A stretch of DNA of 64,000 bases from Cyanobacteria bacterium P01_H01_bin.74. Its GTDB lineage: Bacteria > Cyanobacteriota > Vampirovibrionia > Vampirovibrionales > Vampirovibrionaceae. Positions 1 to 9,619 of the stretch are shown piece by piece (position 1 is the first letter of the stretch; the number at the start of each line of letters is the position of its first letter). Position numbers and translations under genes: made by a program. The stretch spans positions 871 to 64,870 of the forward strand of contig JBCDLA010000002.1 in the NCBI GenBank assembly GCA_038745945.1, read 5' to 3'. The notes under the pieces were generated by a model that had not been told where the DNA came from, searched no databases, and was given only the letters and a program-made list of their open reading frames with translations.

Positions 1-353
1 ATATAAAGCCTGTGTAGAATCAGGCATCGAAAAAAAACGGTTGGTCGCTGCAAAATTATGTGACACCTGCGATAATGCATTGCCCGTTGCAGTATAAATG
101 GGAGATAATGTTGGCATAGAAACCATAAAAAAACCAGTGATTAGAAACACAAGGGTGACAGTATAAAACTGTTGTTATTGATATTAATTTATTGTCTTAA
201 CAACAGTAAGAGATTATTAAGTGAGTGCTGGCAAGAAAAAAATGTTTTCAATGTTAAAAATCAATATTATATTTTACATCAAAAACAATGCATTAACTCC
301 TGAAGGGTTAAGTTTTTTAAAGTTGACAGGTTTTCATGAAGTTAAAAACAACT

Positions 354-932
354 TTATGTTGCATATTTGACCCCAAAGCCACATAAATCAATAGGGCAGC
401 AAGACTGCTGGTGATGTTCTAGGATTATAATTTGTCGCAGTAGGTCAGTCAGGTTGAGCTTTGTATCTTCCTCAATGCATTCATAGCAATCCTCCAGAAG
501 CAATTCACCCGCTTTACTTATGGGTTGTTTATTCACAGTCTGATTTTCTTTTGTATTCATAGCGTTGTTAAAAACAAAAGATTCATGAACTTCAACACTG
601 GCTGGGCAGACAATGGGTTCTGCACAACGGTAGCAATCTTCAAGCAGTTCTCCTGTGAAAATGCCTTTTACCACAAGCCCGACAGCTGTTTTTCGAACAG
701 TCCAAGTGCCCGTCATTGGGGAGTGCGTCTTTATTGCATTGGCGTAGGTATAATGGCCTTGAATGAGAGTAGATGTTGTCGCAGAATTTAGCAGATCAAT
801 AATACTAAGTAAGTGAGGGGCCGTTACATTTGCGTCTTGTGATTCAGCCGGTGGCTCTGAACGGGTGGCTGATGGCTTTTTTTTATCGTCTTTTGATGTG
901 GCTTTAAAGGTGTTTTTTTTTGATGATTTCAT
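354..932 (-). CDS. hypothetical protein with duplicated 'ELLEDCY(R/E)C' Cys motifs, possibly DUF177/YceD-like
   Basis: 192-aa ORF. Lys-rich N-terminus. Two copies of GELLEDCYRC/ELLLEDCYEC resemble the CxxC + acidic 'E-L-L-E-D' segments of YceD-family proteins. No adjacent rpmF was seen. Confidence 0.3.
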   Translation of the reverse strand: MKSSKKNTFKATSKDDKKKPSATRSEPPAESQDANVTAPHLLSIIDLLNSATTSTLIQGHYTYANAIKTHSPMTGTWTVRKTAVGLVVKGIFTGELLEDCYRCAEPIVCPASVEVHESFVFNNAMNTKENQTVNKQPISKAGELLLEDCYECIEEDTKLNLTDLLRQIIILEHHQQSCCPIDLCGFGVKYAT

Positions 933-1338
933 TCAGGAAGTCCTCCTTATTAATCAACAAATTCATTGTATTTATATTAGTAACAAAAGTAAAGTATTAA
1001 TATAAAAAGTGGTCATTAATTTACAGAGCGGGTTTATCCTTACACTTTTATTCTACTCAATAATGAAAGCCCTTAAACTGGGTGTTGCTTTGGTAACAAA
1101 CCCAGCAAGTCCCCTTTTAAATGGATGCACGGTTTTGTTATACTGACCCGTAATTATTCTGAACTGATACAACGCAGATCTTTTAGGCCTTAACAGACTG
1201 AATTTTATAACAAACAGTCTTTCTGAAACCAAAAAACATCAGCTTCTCATTAAACTTAAGTACTTAGAGATACTTAAAAACTTGAGTGTCTATGCCCATC
1301 TTCCAAATGATGCTTTCTATCAATTAAGTTCTTAACAT

Positions 1339-2502
1339 ATGCAAGTTGCCCAGACAAAAACCGAAAACAGCAAGACCACATTCGAAATTGCAAATAGACC
1401 GTGCCCGGAACTAACCACCGGAACTGCTGTTGTTGACATCGCTGGCTGCAGTCTGTGCGGTTCAGACGTTGAAAAGCTCGTAAACCGCAAAGTTCCTGAT
1501 GGGACGGTGCTGGGCCATGAAGTGGTGGGTCAAATTAATGCATTAAATATTAATATATTGAATATTAATGCATTGGATACAACCAAGCGTTTTTCAGTGG
1601 GTGACCGGGTGGTATTTTCTCACCATGTACCTTGTTTTTCATGCCAGTACTGCTTAAACGGCAGTCAGTCGATGTGTGACACCTTTAAGCAAAGCAATAT
1701 TTTTCCTGGGGGATTTGCAGAACAGGTCACGCTCTCTGAAGCCCATTTGCAGCACGTGACCTTTAAAATTCCTGATGCCATTTCATTTCAGGAGGCGTCA
1801 TGCATGGAACCCTTGGCCTGTGTGATTCAGGGGGTTCAGCGCGGGAATGTCTTTTTCAAGCCGTTGCAGTCCGCAGTTAAAAAAACTGTGGGGGTTGTGG
1901 GCCTCGGCTTTATAGGCCTTCTGGCTGCACAGGTTTATAAACACCAAGGCTTTCATGTTATGGGCGTTGATATTAACCCTGCCCGTCTTGCACTCGCAAC
2001 AGCGCAGCAGTGGACTGATGTTTCTTACAATCCTGCTGTTGGCTACAAAAATGATGCCCAGGTGCTTGCTGAAATGGCGAATGTGTTTAATTGTAAGGGC
2101 GAGCAGGAAACAGGGGTCAATTTTGTTGGACTGGATGTTGTTTTCCTCAGTGTGGTAACTGCCAAAACCCTTGAAACTGCCTTTAGTCTGCTTCGCCGTG
2201 GAGGGACTATTGTTGTTTTTGCCAGTGCAATGCAAACCGGCACCTTGCCTTTGCAAATTGATCCCAACCTGCTTTACTTTAAAGAAGTTAGTGTGATTAG
2301 CAGCTATTCACCGGATGTTGCCAGTTTAAAGCAATCCGCTGATCTGATTTTCTCAAGGACAATCAACGTCAGCCCGCTACTGACTCATACCGTTGAACTC
2401 ACTGATATTCAATCGGGTGTGGATGCGTATTGTGGTGGCGAAGCCGTTAAGGTTTTTGTTAAAATGCCAAAATACAATTCAATTGAGCATTTCTCAAAAT
2501 AA
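1339..2502 (+). CDS. Zn-dependent alcohol dehydrogenase family (MDR superfamily) oxidoreductase
   Basis: GHEVVGQ catalytic-zinc motif. Structural-zinc Cys cluster CFSCQYCLNGSQSMCD. Rossmann motif GVVGLGFIGLLAA. Carries an unusual N/I/L-rich insert (NALNINILNINALD) encoded by an AT palindrome. Confidence 0.8.
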   Translation: MQVAQTKTENSKTTFEIANRPCPELTTGTAVVDIAGCSLCGSDVEKLVNRKVPDGTVLGHEVVGQINALNINILNINALDTTKRFSVGDRVVFSHHVPCFSCQYCLNGSQSMCDTFKQSNIFPGGFAEQVTLSEAHLQHVTFKIPDAISFQEASCMEPLACVIQGVQRGNVFFKPLQSAVKKTVGVVGLGFIGLLAAQVYKHQGFHVMGVDINPARLALATAQQWTDVSYNPAVGYKNDAQVLAEMANVFNCKGEQETGVNFVGLDVVFLSVVTAKTLETAFSLLRRGGTIVVFASAMQTGTLPLQIDPNLLYFKEVSVISSYSPDVASLKQSADLIFSRTINVSPLLTHTVELTDIQSGVDAYCGGEAVKVFVKMPKYNSIEHFSK

Positions 2503-2555
2503 AACTACTTTCAGATACCCTGTAGATTTTGAGTAAGTTCATAATAAAGCCATGA

Positions 2556-3749
2556 ATGCTTTTAGAAACTTCTAAAGTGATGCAGTCACTGACACCACCA
2601 TCAGACGCCAAGTCAAAAAAACAGTCGCATACGGCAATGCCACCACAAAATAGCCCTGCCCAAAAAACAACCCAAAAAGATACCCCCAAAAAAAATATGA
2701 TGGCAGCCCGCTTTTATGCCCCCAACGATGTACGGTATGAGCGTTGTGACATGCCGGTGCCCAAAGAGGGGGAGCTGGTGGTCAAAGTGCAGGCGGCTCT
2801 GACTTGTGGAACCGATCTGAAGTGCTACCGCCGTGGACACCCGGTTTTATTGAAAACATTGCCTTCTCTGTTTGGCCATGAGTTTTCAGGCACGGTTGCA
2901 GCTGTTGGACCTGGTGCCGTGAAAAACAATGCCCTTGGGTCTGCATTTGCGGTGGGAGACCGGGTGGTTTGTGCCAATTCGGCCCCGTGCTATGCCTGCT
3001 ATTACTGCCATAAAGGCCAAACCAACTTGTGCGATCACCTTGATTTGCTAAACGGGGCCTATGCCGACTATATTTTAATTCCCAAGCAAATTGCACAATA
3101 CAATACTTATGCAGTACCAGAAACATTGGACTTTGAAATTGCTGCATTTTCTGAGCCACTGGCTGTCTGCCTGCATGGGGAAGCCCAAGCTGTCATTCAA
3201 CCCGGTGACAGGGTAGCTGTGCTTGGTCTGGGACCCATTGGCCAATTAATGGCAGCAGTCTGTGTGCTTAAAGGTGCTCATGTTACGGCCATGGCCAGAA
3301 CCGAAAGTAAACTTGAACTTGCCAAAGCCTTTGGTCAGGTTCATCAAGTGGTTCATTTGCGGGCAATGCCAGATGCTGCAGAAATTATTAAGCACTACAC
3401 CCCAGATGCCCGTGGTTTTGATGTGGTCATTGAAGCAGTTGGCCTTCCTGAAACCTGGGAAAAATCCTTACAGCTGGTCCGTAAGGGAGGGCGTGTAAAT
3501 TGGTTTGGTGGCTGCCCATCTGGCTCAACAGTTTCTGTTGACACCAGGCGTGTGCATTACGAGCAAATTACTCTGTTGAGTTCTTTTCATCATACCCCCG
3601 TGCAATTTCAGAAAGCAGTGCAGCTGCTCGCCTCAGGGGAAATCGATGCCAAGCAGCTAATTAGTGCCCGTCAACCGCTGTCTCAATTTGAATCGGCTTT
3701 GCAACAGGTTGAAGCAGGCCAGGCAATTAAAGTGGCCTTAATGCCGTAA
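2556..3749 (+). CDS. Zn-dependent alcohol dehydrogenase family oxidoreductase (second tandem copy)
   Basis: GHEFSGTV, CYACYYCHKGQTNLCD and GLGPIGQLMAA motifs. The ORF has a ~47-aa low-complexity polar N-terminal extension. The true start may be the ATG at 2697/2700 (MMAARFYAPND...). Confidence 0.8.
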   Translation: MLLETSKVMQSLTPPSDAKSKKQSHTAMPPQNSPAQKTTQKDTPKKNMMAARFYAPNDVRYERCDMPVPKEGELVVKVQAALTCGTDLKCYRRGHPVLLKTLPSLFGHEFSGTVAAVGPGAVKNNALGSAFAVGDRVVCANSAPCYACYYCHKGQTNLCDHLDLLNGAYADYILIPKQIAQYNTYAVPETLDFEIAAFSEPLAVCLHGEAQAVIQPGDRVAVLGLGPIGQLMAAVCVLKGAHVTAMARTESKLELAKAFGQVHQVVHLRAMPDAAEIIKHYTPDARGFDVVIEAVGLPETWEKSLQLVRKGGRVNWFGGCPSGSTVSVDTRRVHYEQITLLSSFHHTPVQFQKAVQLLASGEIDAKQLISARQPLSQFESALQQVEAGQAIKVALMP

Positions 3750-3802
3750 ATAGCCGTAAATAAAACGCTATGGCAACAAAAACAGAAGTCCGTTTATTAT
3801 CA

Positions 3803-5443
3803 TTACGCAGTAACAGACAATCTCACAGGCAATTGCATCTGTTGTATAGCAGGTGGCGTTTGCACAGGTGATGAATACATCGGGTAGAGATTGCTGTATG
3901 CCGGCGCAGAACTGTAGGCCGGTGCGGAATTATAAGATGATACAAAGCTTCTTGCCAAAGCGTTCTGGGAGATGCGCTGAGTCATGCCAGCTTGAGTGCT
4001 TAAACTGCTGGGTAGAGGCAGTGGCTTAAAATGAAACCCCCAGGCCAGTGGGGCTGTTTTTGATAAATTGGTTTCAGTAATCGCCCGTTGCCCCCAATGT
4101 TTGGCTTCGCTATCTGTGGCCAGGCCAAGGCTTGCCCTTGAAGACACTTCGTGCAAATCCAAACCTGGAATTTGCATTGCATGAATGAAGTAATTGGTGA
4201 ACAACCCGGAATTTTTGTTTTGAATAGCAGGCAGAGAGTCTCTTGAGGCATACTCTATCCATGTATTAAAGAGTCCAGGAACAGTGCTGACCCATTCTGC
4301 CGGATTCATTTGGTGTTTTAAACCCTGCTTGGCTTCTTGTCGGGGACTTTGGACCGTGAAAGATCCTTCTCTGTTTTGAAGGGGGGTTCGGCAAGCATCC
4401 AGAATAAGAATATTAAACTCGGTTCTTGCCGACTTTAATTGATTTAATAGGTATTTAACTGAAACAGCATGACTCAGAAAACCTTGATCAATGGTGCCAG
4501 TAAAATCAACAGGCAAAAGGTAATTGTTGTGATTGACTGTACCACCATGGCCTGAATAATAAACCAGAGAAACGGCGCCAGGATTAGTTTGCAGAGTGTG
4601 TACAAACTGGGCGACCAGTTGCCGGGTTTGCAGGCCGGTCATATTCAGTCCAGAGAGAACCTGAAACCCATCTTGTTGAAGGCTTTTAATCATTTTACGG
4701 CCATCTTGGGCAGGCCCGCCATGCAGGTCATTTTTGGTGCCAATATAGTCATCATTGGCCAAAACCAGTGCAAATCGGGGCCGGGCATCAATATTATTGG
4801 CAATCCATTGTGGTTTTTGCAGGGACTGTAGACGAACGGCCATCATTTTGTCCAAAACAGCTAAATCAGACAGGCCCAGACTGTCATACAATTCACTTCG
4901 GTTTTCGTAAATCGAGCTGTTATAGGGGTTAATCCGCAACGCCTTATTGAAATCATTCAGTCCCAACTGATAAAAATGATAGGCTTCTTTGGTATTTTTG
5001 ACTTTGGCTTCCTGACTGGCAAGACGTTCCAAGATAATGCCCCGGTTCACTAAAGCGGCAAAGTAGTGCGGATTTATTTTGATGGCCTGTGTGTAATCGC
5101 TATAAGCGTCTGCATAGTTACCGAGCTGGGCATTAATTTTGCCCCGCTCGTGGAATATATCGTAACGTCTTGGGTGGTGGCTCAAATATTCTGTGTAGGC
5201 TGTTAACGCATGCCGGGGATGTTCGATTTCAAAAAGGTGACGCCCCAGATTCTCATGAGTTTGTGCAACCCGAGAAAGTTCTGGAGAAAGGGGGAGGCCT
5301 TGAGTCTTATTGAGTTTTGAAGCATTGCCGAATGATACAGCAGGCCTTGGCTTGGTTTTCAGTGATAGCGTTGTCGCCTGAAATTGGGCCTGAATGGTTT
5401 TGGCGGGTGTTGTTGTGTTGGCAATAAAAGAGACAGCTGACAA
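3803..5443 (-). CDS. TPR-repeat protein fused to a caspase-like (peptidase C14) domain
   Basis: N-terminal half has TPR-like repeats (AYTEYLSHHP..., YADAYSDYTQAIKINPHY, FNKALRINPYNS). Then a caspase fold with both catalytic residues intact: ...FALVLANDDY... YYSGHGG (His) ... ILILDACR (Cys). C-terminal low-complexity SAPAYS repeats. Confidence 0.75.
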   Translation of the reverse strand: MSAVSFIANTTTPAKTIQAQFQATTLSLKTKPRPAVSFGNASKLNKTQGLPLSPELSRVAQTHENLGRHLFEIEHPRHALTAYTEYLSHHPRRYDIFHERGKINAQLGNYADAYSDYTQAIKINPHYFAALVNRGIILERLASQEAKVKNTKEAYHFYQLGLNDFNKALRINPYNSSIYENRSELYDSLGLSDLAVLDKMMAVRLQSLQKPQWIANNIDARPRFALVLANDDYIGTKNDLHGGPAQDGRKMIKSLQQDGFQVLSGLNMTGLQTRQLVAQFVHTLQTNPGAVSLVYYSGHGGTVNHNNYLLPVDFTGTIDQGFLSHAVSVKYLLNQLKSARTEFNILILDACRTPLQNREGSFTVQSPRQEAKQGLKHQMNPAEWVSTVPGLFNTWIEYASRDSLPAIQNKNSGLFTNYFIHAMQIPGLDLHEVSSRASLGLATDSEAKHWGQRAITETNLSKTAPLAWGFHFKPLPLPSSLSTQAGMTQRISQNALARSFVSSYNSAPAYSSAPAYSNLYPMYSSPVQTPPAIQQMQLPVRLSVTA

Positions 5444-5936
5444 AGTACAACAAGACTTTCATACTTTTTTGCGGAGAACTTTATGAGGGGTTTTTGCAGT
5501 AATAAATTTTGCGCTTGTTTTAATGGATTAATTAAAGAACGTTTTGGTTAGATACATCCTGCCTGGCCTTGCTAGTATTGCAAGCACCAGACTTTCAAAA
5601 CTTTGGGGCTTGGTGTTTTCACAGCGTTATCTAAACTGTTGTTATCTAAAGTCATTGTTCTAATACAGAATACCCAATTAAAGTAAAAACATACAATAAA
5701 ATGTCGCAGGCTCTAATGACTTACCACCGTATACCGCTTGATGAAATTGAATTTTTACAAAATTTTACAACAAAAGGCTATTTTCTGCGGACTTTCATTT
5801 CTGCCACTTTTATGGGCTGGGTCCATTGAATTCAGTATTTTTGAATGGGCAGGTTTAAAAAACCAGCGCTACCCTGGTGAAACGGTCTATAATAAAAAGT
5901 GAGGTTTTCTGGTTTTCTTTTAAGGGTTTCTAAAAC

Positions 5937-6710
5937 GTGGATATCGCATCGTTAATAGGCGCAATACTTGGTGCACTGGCTGTTTTTGGTGGTGCCGTTC
6001 TGGAAGGTTTGCCCTTAAGCTCTATTATTCAGCCAACAGCATTTATTATTGTCTTTGGCGGGATGTTGGGGGCTGTAATGTTGCAAAGCACAATGGGCGA
6101 TATGATTAACGCCTTAAAAGGTATGCAATTAATTTTTCTGGGGGCTAAGGAAAAGCCTGAAGACATTTTGACAAAAATTGTCGATATGGCCATGAAAGCC
6201 AGAAAAGAAGGCTTGCTGGCCCTGCAATCTGAAATTGAAGCCATTGACGATCCGTTTTTAAAAAAAGGCCTTGAACTAATGACAGACGGTACTGAGCCTG
6301 GTTTGCTTCGAGACCTGCTGGAAACAGAATTGTCACTGTACGAAGATGAAATTGGGCATGCCTCAAAAGTCTGGGAAGGCTGCGGGGGGTTTGCCCCGAC
6401 GGTTGGAATTATTGGCGCGGTGTTGGGCTTGATTCATGTAATGCAGAACTTGAATGACCCCAGCAAGCTGGGTGGTGGTATTGCTGTTGCTTTTGTGGCA
6501 ACCATCTACGGGGTTGCAGGTGCTAACCTGTTGTTTATTCCAATGGGCGGTAAGCTAAAGGGAAATTCCAGAATCACTATTTTGGCCAGAACAATGATGA
6601 TTGAAGGCATCTTGTCGATTCAGGCTGGCGAAAGTCCCAATTTTATTACCGAGAAACTCAAAGTCTTTACCCACGGTAAAACGGGTAAAAGCGCCGGCAG
6701 CAATGAATAA
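5937..6710 (+). CDS. motA: flagellar motor stator protein MotA/PomA family
   Basis: Four-TM MotA/TolQ/ExbB-family architecture. Conserved C-terminal ...GGGIAVAFVATIYGVAGANLLFIPMGGKLK. GTG start. Immediately followed by motB. Confidence 0.8.
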   Translation: MDIASLIGAILGALAVFGGAVLEGLPLSSIIQPTAFIIVFGGMLGAVMLQSTMGDMINALKGMQLIFLGAKEKPEDILTKIVDMAMKARKEGLLALQSEIEAIDDPFLKKGLELMTDGTEPGLLRDLLETELSLYEDEIGHASKVWEGCGGFAPTVGIIGAVLGLIHVMQNLNDPSKLGGGIAVAFVATIYGVAGANLLFIPMGGKLKGNSRITILARTMMIEGILSIQAGESPNFITEKLKVFTHGKTGKSAGSNE

Positions 6711-6776
6711 ACTGAAGCCTGCCTATGAGAAAAGCGTTTAAGCCAGCGGATTTCATCAAGCATCAGGAGGGCCCCT

Positions 6777-7988
6777 GTGGCTAGGAAAAAAAAACACCCT
6801 GAGCATGAAAACCTTGAGCGATGGCTGGTTTCTTACGCCGACTTTATGACACTTTTGTTTGCAACATTTACGGCCTTGTATGCACTGGCTCAAACCGATG
6901 CCTCAAAATTACGGGAGACGACCAACGCCATCCGGGAAGGCTTTGAAGAACAAAGCATCATGCACGGCATTAAAAGTGTTTTAAGTGGCATGAGTCCCCC
7001 CACCCGAAACCCGGATCCACTCAGTTCTCAGCGGGGGGCTGGGCCTGGGGTGATTGGTAAGTTTGACAGCATGACCTACCGGCCAGGTGAGATTAAGTCC
7101 ATTAAAAAAATGGCCCAAAAACTGTCTCAAGATTTAAAAGACTTAAACCAAGAAATTGCAGACGCAAACAAAGCCGTTGCCTTAAAACAGAACAGCGGTC
7201 AAACCCGCAGTGGGCAAAATCAAGGACCCGGAGATTCTACCCCCCCAATTAATCCCATTGAAGCTGCGGTGCAGGAACGCGGCATTCGCATCAGTTTTGA
7301 CAGCCGCCTTTTGTTTAAATCCGGCGATGCTGCATTAAAGCCAGCCGGTCAAAAATTTATTGATAAAGTTGCCAAACGGCTGAAGGATATTAAAAGCCCC
7401 AATATTCGGATTGAAGGCCATACAGACAGCCAACCGCTGTCAACGTTTAAATTTGCATCAAACTGGGAGCTGTCTGCAGCGCGCTCAAGCAGTGTGGTTC
7501 GTCATTTAATTGCCAATCATGCCTTTTTACCCAGCAGCCTGGCCGTTGTGGGATATGGGGCAACACAGCCTATTGGCAATAATAAAACCGCAGAAGGTCG
7601 CGCTAAAAACCGCCGGGTTGATATTATTCTCTACAACCAGAAAACAGCCAGCGTAATTAACCCCAGGCTGCAGTACTTAAAAGAAAAACCCATTGATACC
7701 AAAGCCGATGTTGACGATGAGAAAAAAGAAGTTTACCCGCTTAAACAAGACCCCCCCGATGACTCTGAAACAGACCAGAAGCCTAAGGACCTGAATAATG
7801 AAGAACCTAAGAAGAATAAAATAGAGCGACCGTTTAAAGAAGGGCCTGTTAAAGTAATTATCCGCGATCAAGACGGCATTGAACGTGTCTTTATTCCAAA
7901 AGTCAAGAGCACTCCATCAGCTGTTACAAAGCCGGTTTTAATGGATAAAAAAAACGATGGCAATCAAGGGGATGAACGCAAACAATAA
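6777..7988 (+). CDS. motB: flagellar motor protein MotB (OmpA-like peptidoglycan-binding C-domain) with long linker and K/D/E-rich C-terminal extension
   Basis: N-terminal WLVSYADFMTLLFATF plug/TM segment typical of MotB. OmpA-like domain (NIRIEGHTDSQP...NWELSAARSSSVVRHL...NRRVDIIL). GTG start with strong RBS (caggagg) 6 nt upstream. 403 aa is ~100 aa longer than typical MotB. Confidence 0.8.
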   Translation: MARKKKHPEHENLERWLVSYADFMTLLFATFTALYALAQTDASKLRETTNAIREGFEEQSIMHGIKSVLSGMSPPTRNPDPLSSQRGAGPGVIGKFDSMTYRPGEIKSIKKMAQKLSQDLKDLNQEIADANKAVALKQNSGQTRSGQNQGPGDSTPPINPIEAAVQERGIRISFDSRLLFKSGDAALKPAGQKFIDKVAKRLKDIKSPNIRIEGHTDSQPLSTFKFASNWELSAARSSSVVRHLIANHAFLPSSLAVVGYGATQPIGNNKTAEGRAKNRRVDIILYNQKTASVINPRLQYLKEKPIDTKADVDDEKKEVYPLKQDPPDDSETDQKPKDLNNEEPKKNKIERPFKEGPVKVIIRDQDGIERVFIPKVKSTPSAVTKPVLMDKKNDGNQGDERKQ

Positions 7989-8187
7989 AAAGTTGCTAAA
8001 TAAAAGCTACTAAGGGTGACTGTTCTGAATAGAACGGTGATTGGTGTGCATTACAACTTCGTTATTTGCCTGGGTTATTTTAATGAAACTCTCAATTATT
8101 TGATTTGTCAGAAAAAGCTTTACTGGTTTTCAGGCAATTTAATTGACAGACAGTTTAATATTAATTAGAACAATCAAAAAAGGTGGG

Positions 8188-8263
8188 TGGTACCCCCAAG
8201 GGAATTCGAATCCCTGCCGCCTCCGTGAAAGGGAGGTGTCCTAGGCCTCTAGACGATGGGGGC
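8188..8263 (-). tRNA. tRNA-Glu (anticodon UUC)
   Basis: The reverse complement gives a 76-nt cloverleaf: GCCCCCA/TGGGGGT acceptor stem, GTCTAGAGGCCTAGGAC D-arm, anticodon loop CTTTCAC, GGGATTCGAATTCCC T-arm, encoded CCA. Nearly identical to canonical bacterial tRNA-Glu. Confidence 0.8.
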
Positions 8264-8381
8264 ATCATAATGCAACGCAGTAAAATATTAATGTACAGAA
8301 TACAAAACAGCCCGTCAAGCTTTATTCAAGATTAACGGCTGCTTTGCGTCATTCAGTATTGCCTTAATCATCATACAAGAA

Positions 8382-9305
8382 TTACTCAGAATTTAAAGCC
8401 GTAAGCATTGCTTGACGTGATGCTGAAATGGCTCTTTCGGGTATAGGTTGCCCCAGCCAGTGCTCTAATGACGCAATGCCTTGATAAAGCAACATATCCA
8501 GCCCATTCATTGTCGTCAGGCAATACTTGTCAGCAACCGAAAGCAGTTGCGTCTGTAGTGGCCGATAAATCAGATCGTAGACCAAAGCATCAGGGTGAAG
8601 TTGGGCAATACACGCTTCCGAGATAGGAATCCCAGAGCAATCGGGCCACATACCAACCGGTGTTGAATTGAATAAAGCGGTTTTGTTTTTAAAATCATCA
8701 ACTGTTAGTTTTTGTAATTCCTTGGAGATAAAACGGGTTTTGCACGCCGGATCAGCTGCCACTTGCTCTAACTGGCGGACTAAATTTTTAGATTTTTCAA
8801 TGTTACGAGAGATAATGGTTACAGATTGAACGCCACAACCACCGGCTTTTAGCAGGGCCAGCAAAACACCGCGGGCTGAACCCCCTGCCCCAATGAGCAT
8901 AACAGACTGTTTATGGGCATCCGCAAGAAAAGATTGGGGTAAGCTTTTTAAAAAACCTGTGACATCCGTATTTTCACCGTATCGCGTATTGTTTTTACCA
9001 AAAATAATGGTATTAACAGCCCCTGCGTGCCGTGCTGTTTCACTAATCTCATCCAGAAAAGGCATGACATCCATTTTGTATGGGATGGTAACATTTAAGC
9101 CCCGGTAGCCTTCAGCTTCTAGTTGGTCAATTAGCAAGGGCAGCCACTCTCGAGAAACTTCATGAAGCAGGTACTGACCAATAGAACTGAGTTGTTCAAG
9201 AGCAGTGTGATGCAGAACAGGAGACAAGCTGTGTTTTAAGGGCGAACCGAGTAGACCCAGTTTTAACGGTTTTGCAGTTTGATGCTCTCTTAATACGGGA
9301 TTCAT
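8382..9305 (-). CDS. aroE: shikimate dehydrogenase
   Basis: N-terminal LGLLGSPLKHSLSPVLHHTA (AroE substrate-binding motif). NADP Rossmann motif LIGAGGSARGVLLAL. Confidence 0.8.
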   Translation of the reverse strand: MNPVLREHQTAKPLKLGLLGSPLKHSLSPVLHHTALEQLSSIGQYLLHEVSREWLPLLIDQLEAEGYRGLNVTIPYKMDVMPFLDEISETARHAGAVNTIIFGKNNTRYGENTDVTGFLKSLPQSFLADAHKQSVMLIGAGGSARGVLLALLKAGGCGVQSVTIISRNIEKSKNLVRQLEQVAADPACKTRFISKELQKLTVDDFKNKTALFNSTPVGMWPDCSGIPISEACIAQLHPDALVYDLIYRPLQTQLLSVADKYCLTTMNGLDMLLYQGIASLEHWLGQPIPERAISASRQAMLTALNSE

Positions 9306-9619
9306 CTCTGGTTACTGGTTAATTGAAGCGCTTGGACATTAACGCCGTATCTTATAGTTTTAAGCGGTTAAAACAGTCAAAGCCGTTATGAGCCAATTGA
9401 TTTTTTGAATTTTAAATAACTTTGAATTTTGAACCATGTTTTTTGAATCATGCTTACTGATTGGATACGGTCTAGTTTGAAGCAGATCTTTCAGTACTTT
9501 TAACAGTTACTTTATTAAAAAATTAGTTTAATTGCATAGCGCTATAAAAACTGCGTTTAAGATGCAATCAATTTTAAATCTTACAGGTTAAAGAACGATA
9601 CGATGAGTTTCAGCCAATT

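Noticed and set aside
169-206. 9-bp inverted repeat (CTGTTGTTA … TAACAACAG) with a 20-nt AT loop near the window start
   Set aside because: It could be a terminator or operator, but it has no following T-run and no flanking + strand gene within the window. Too little context to call.
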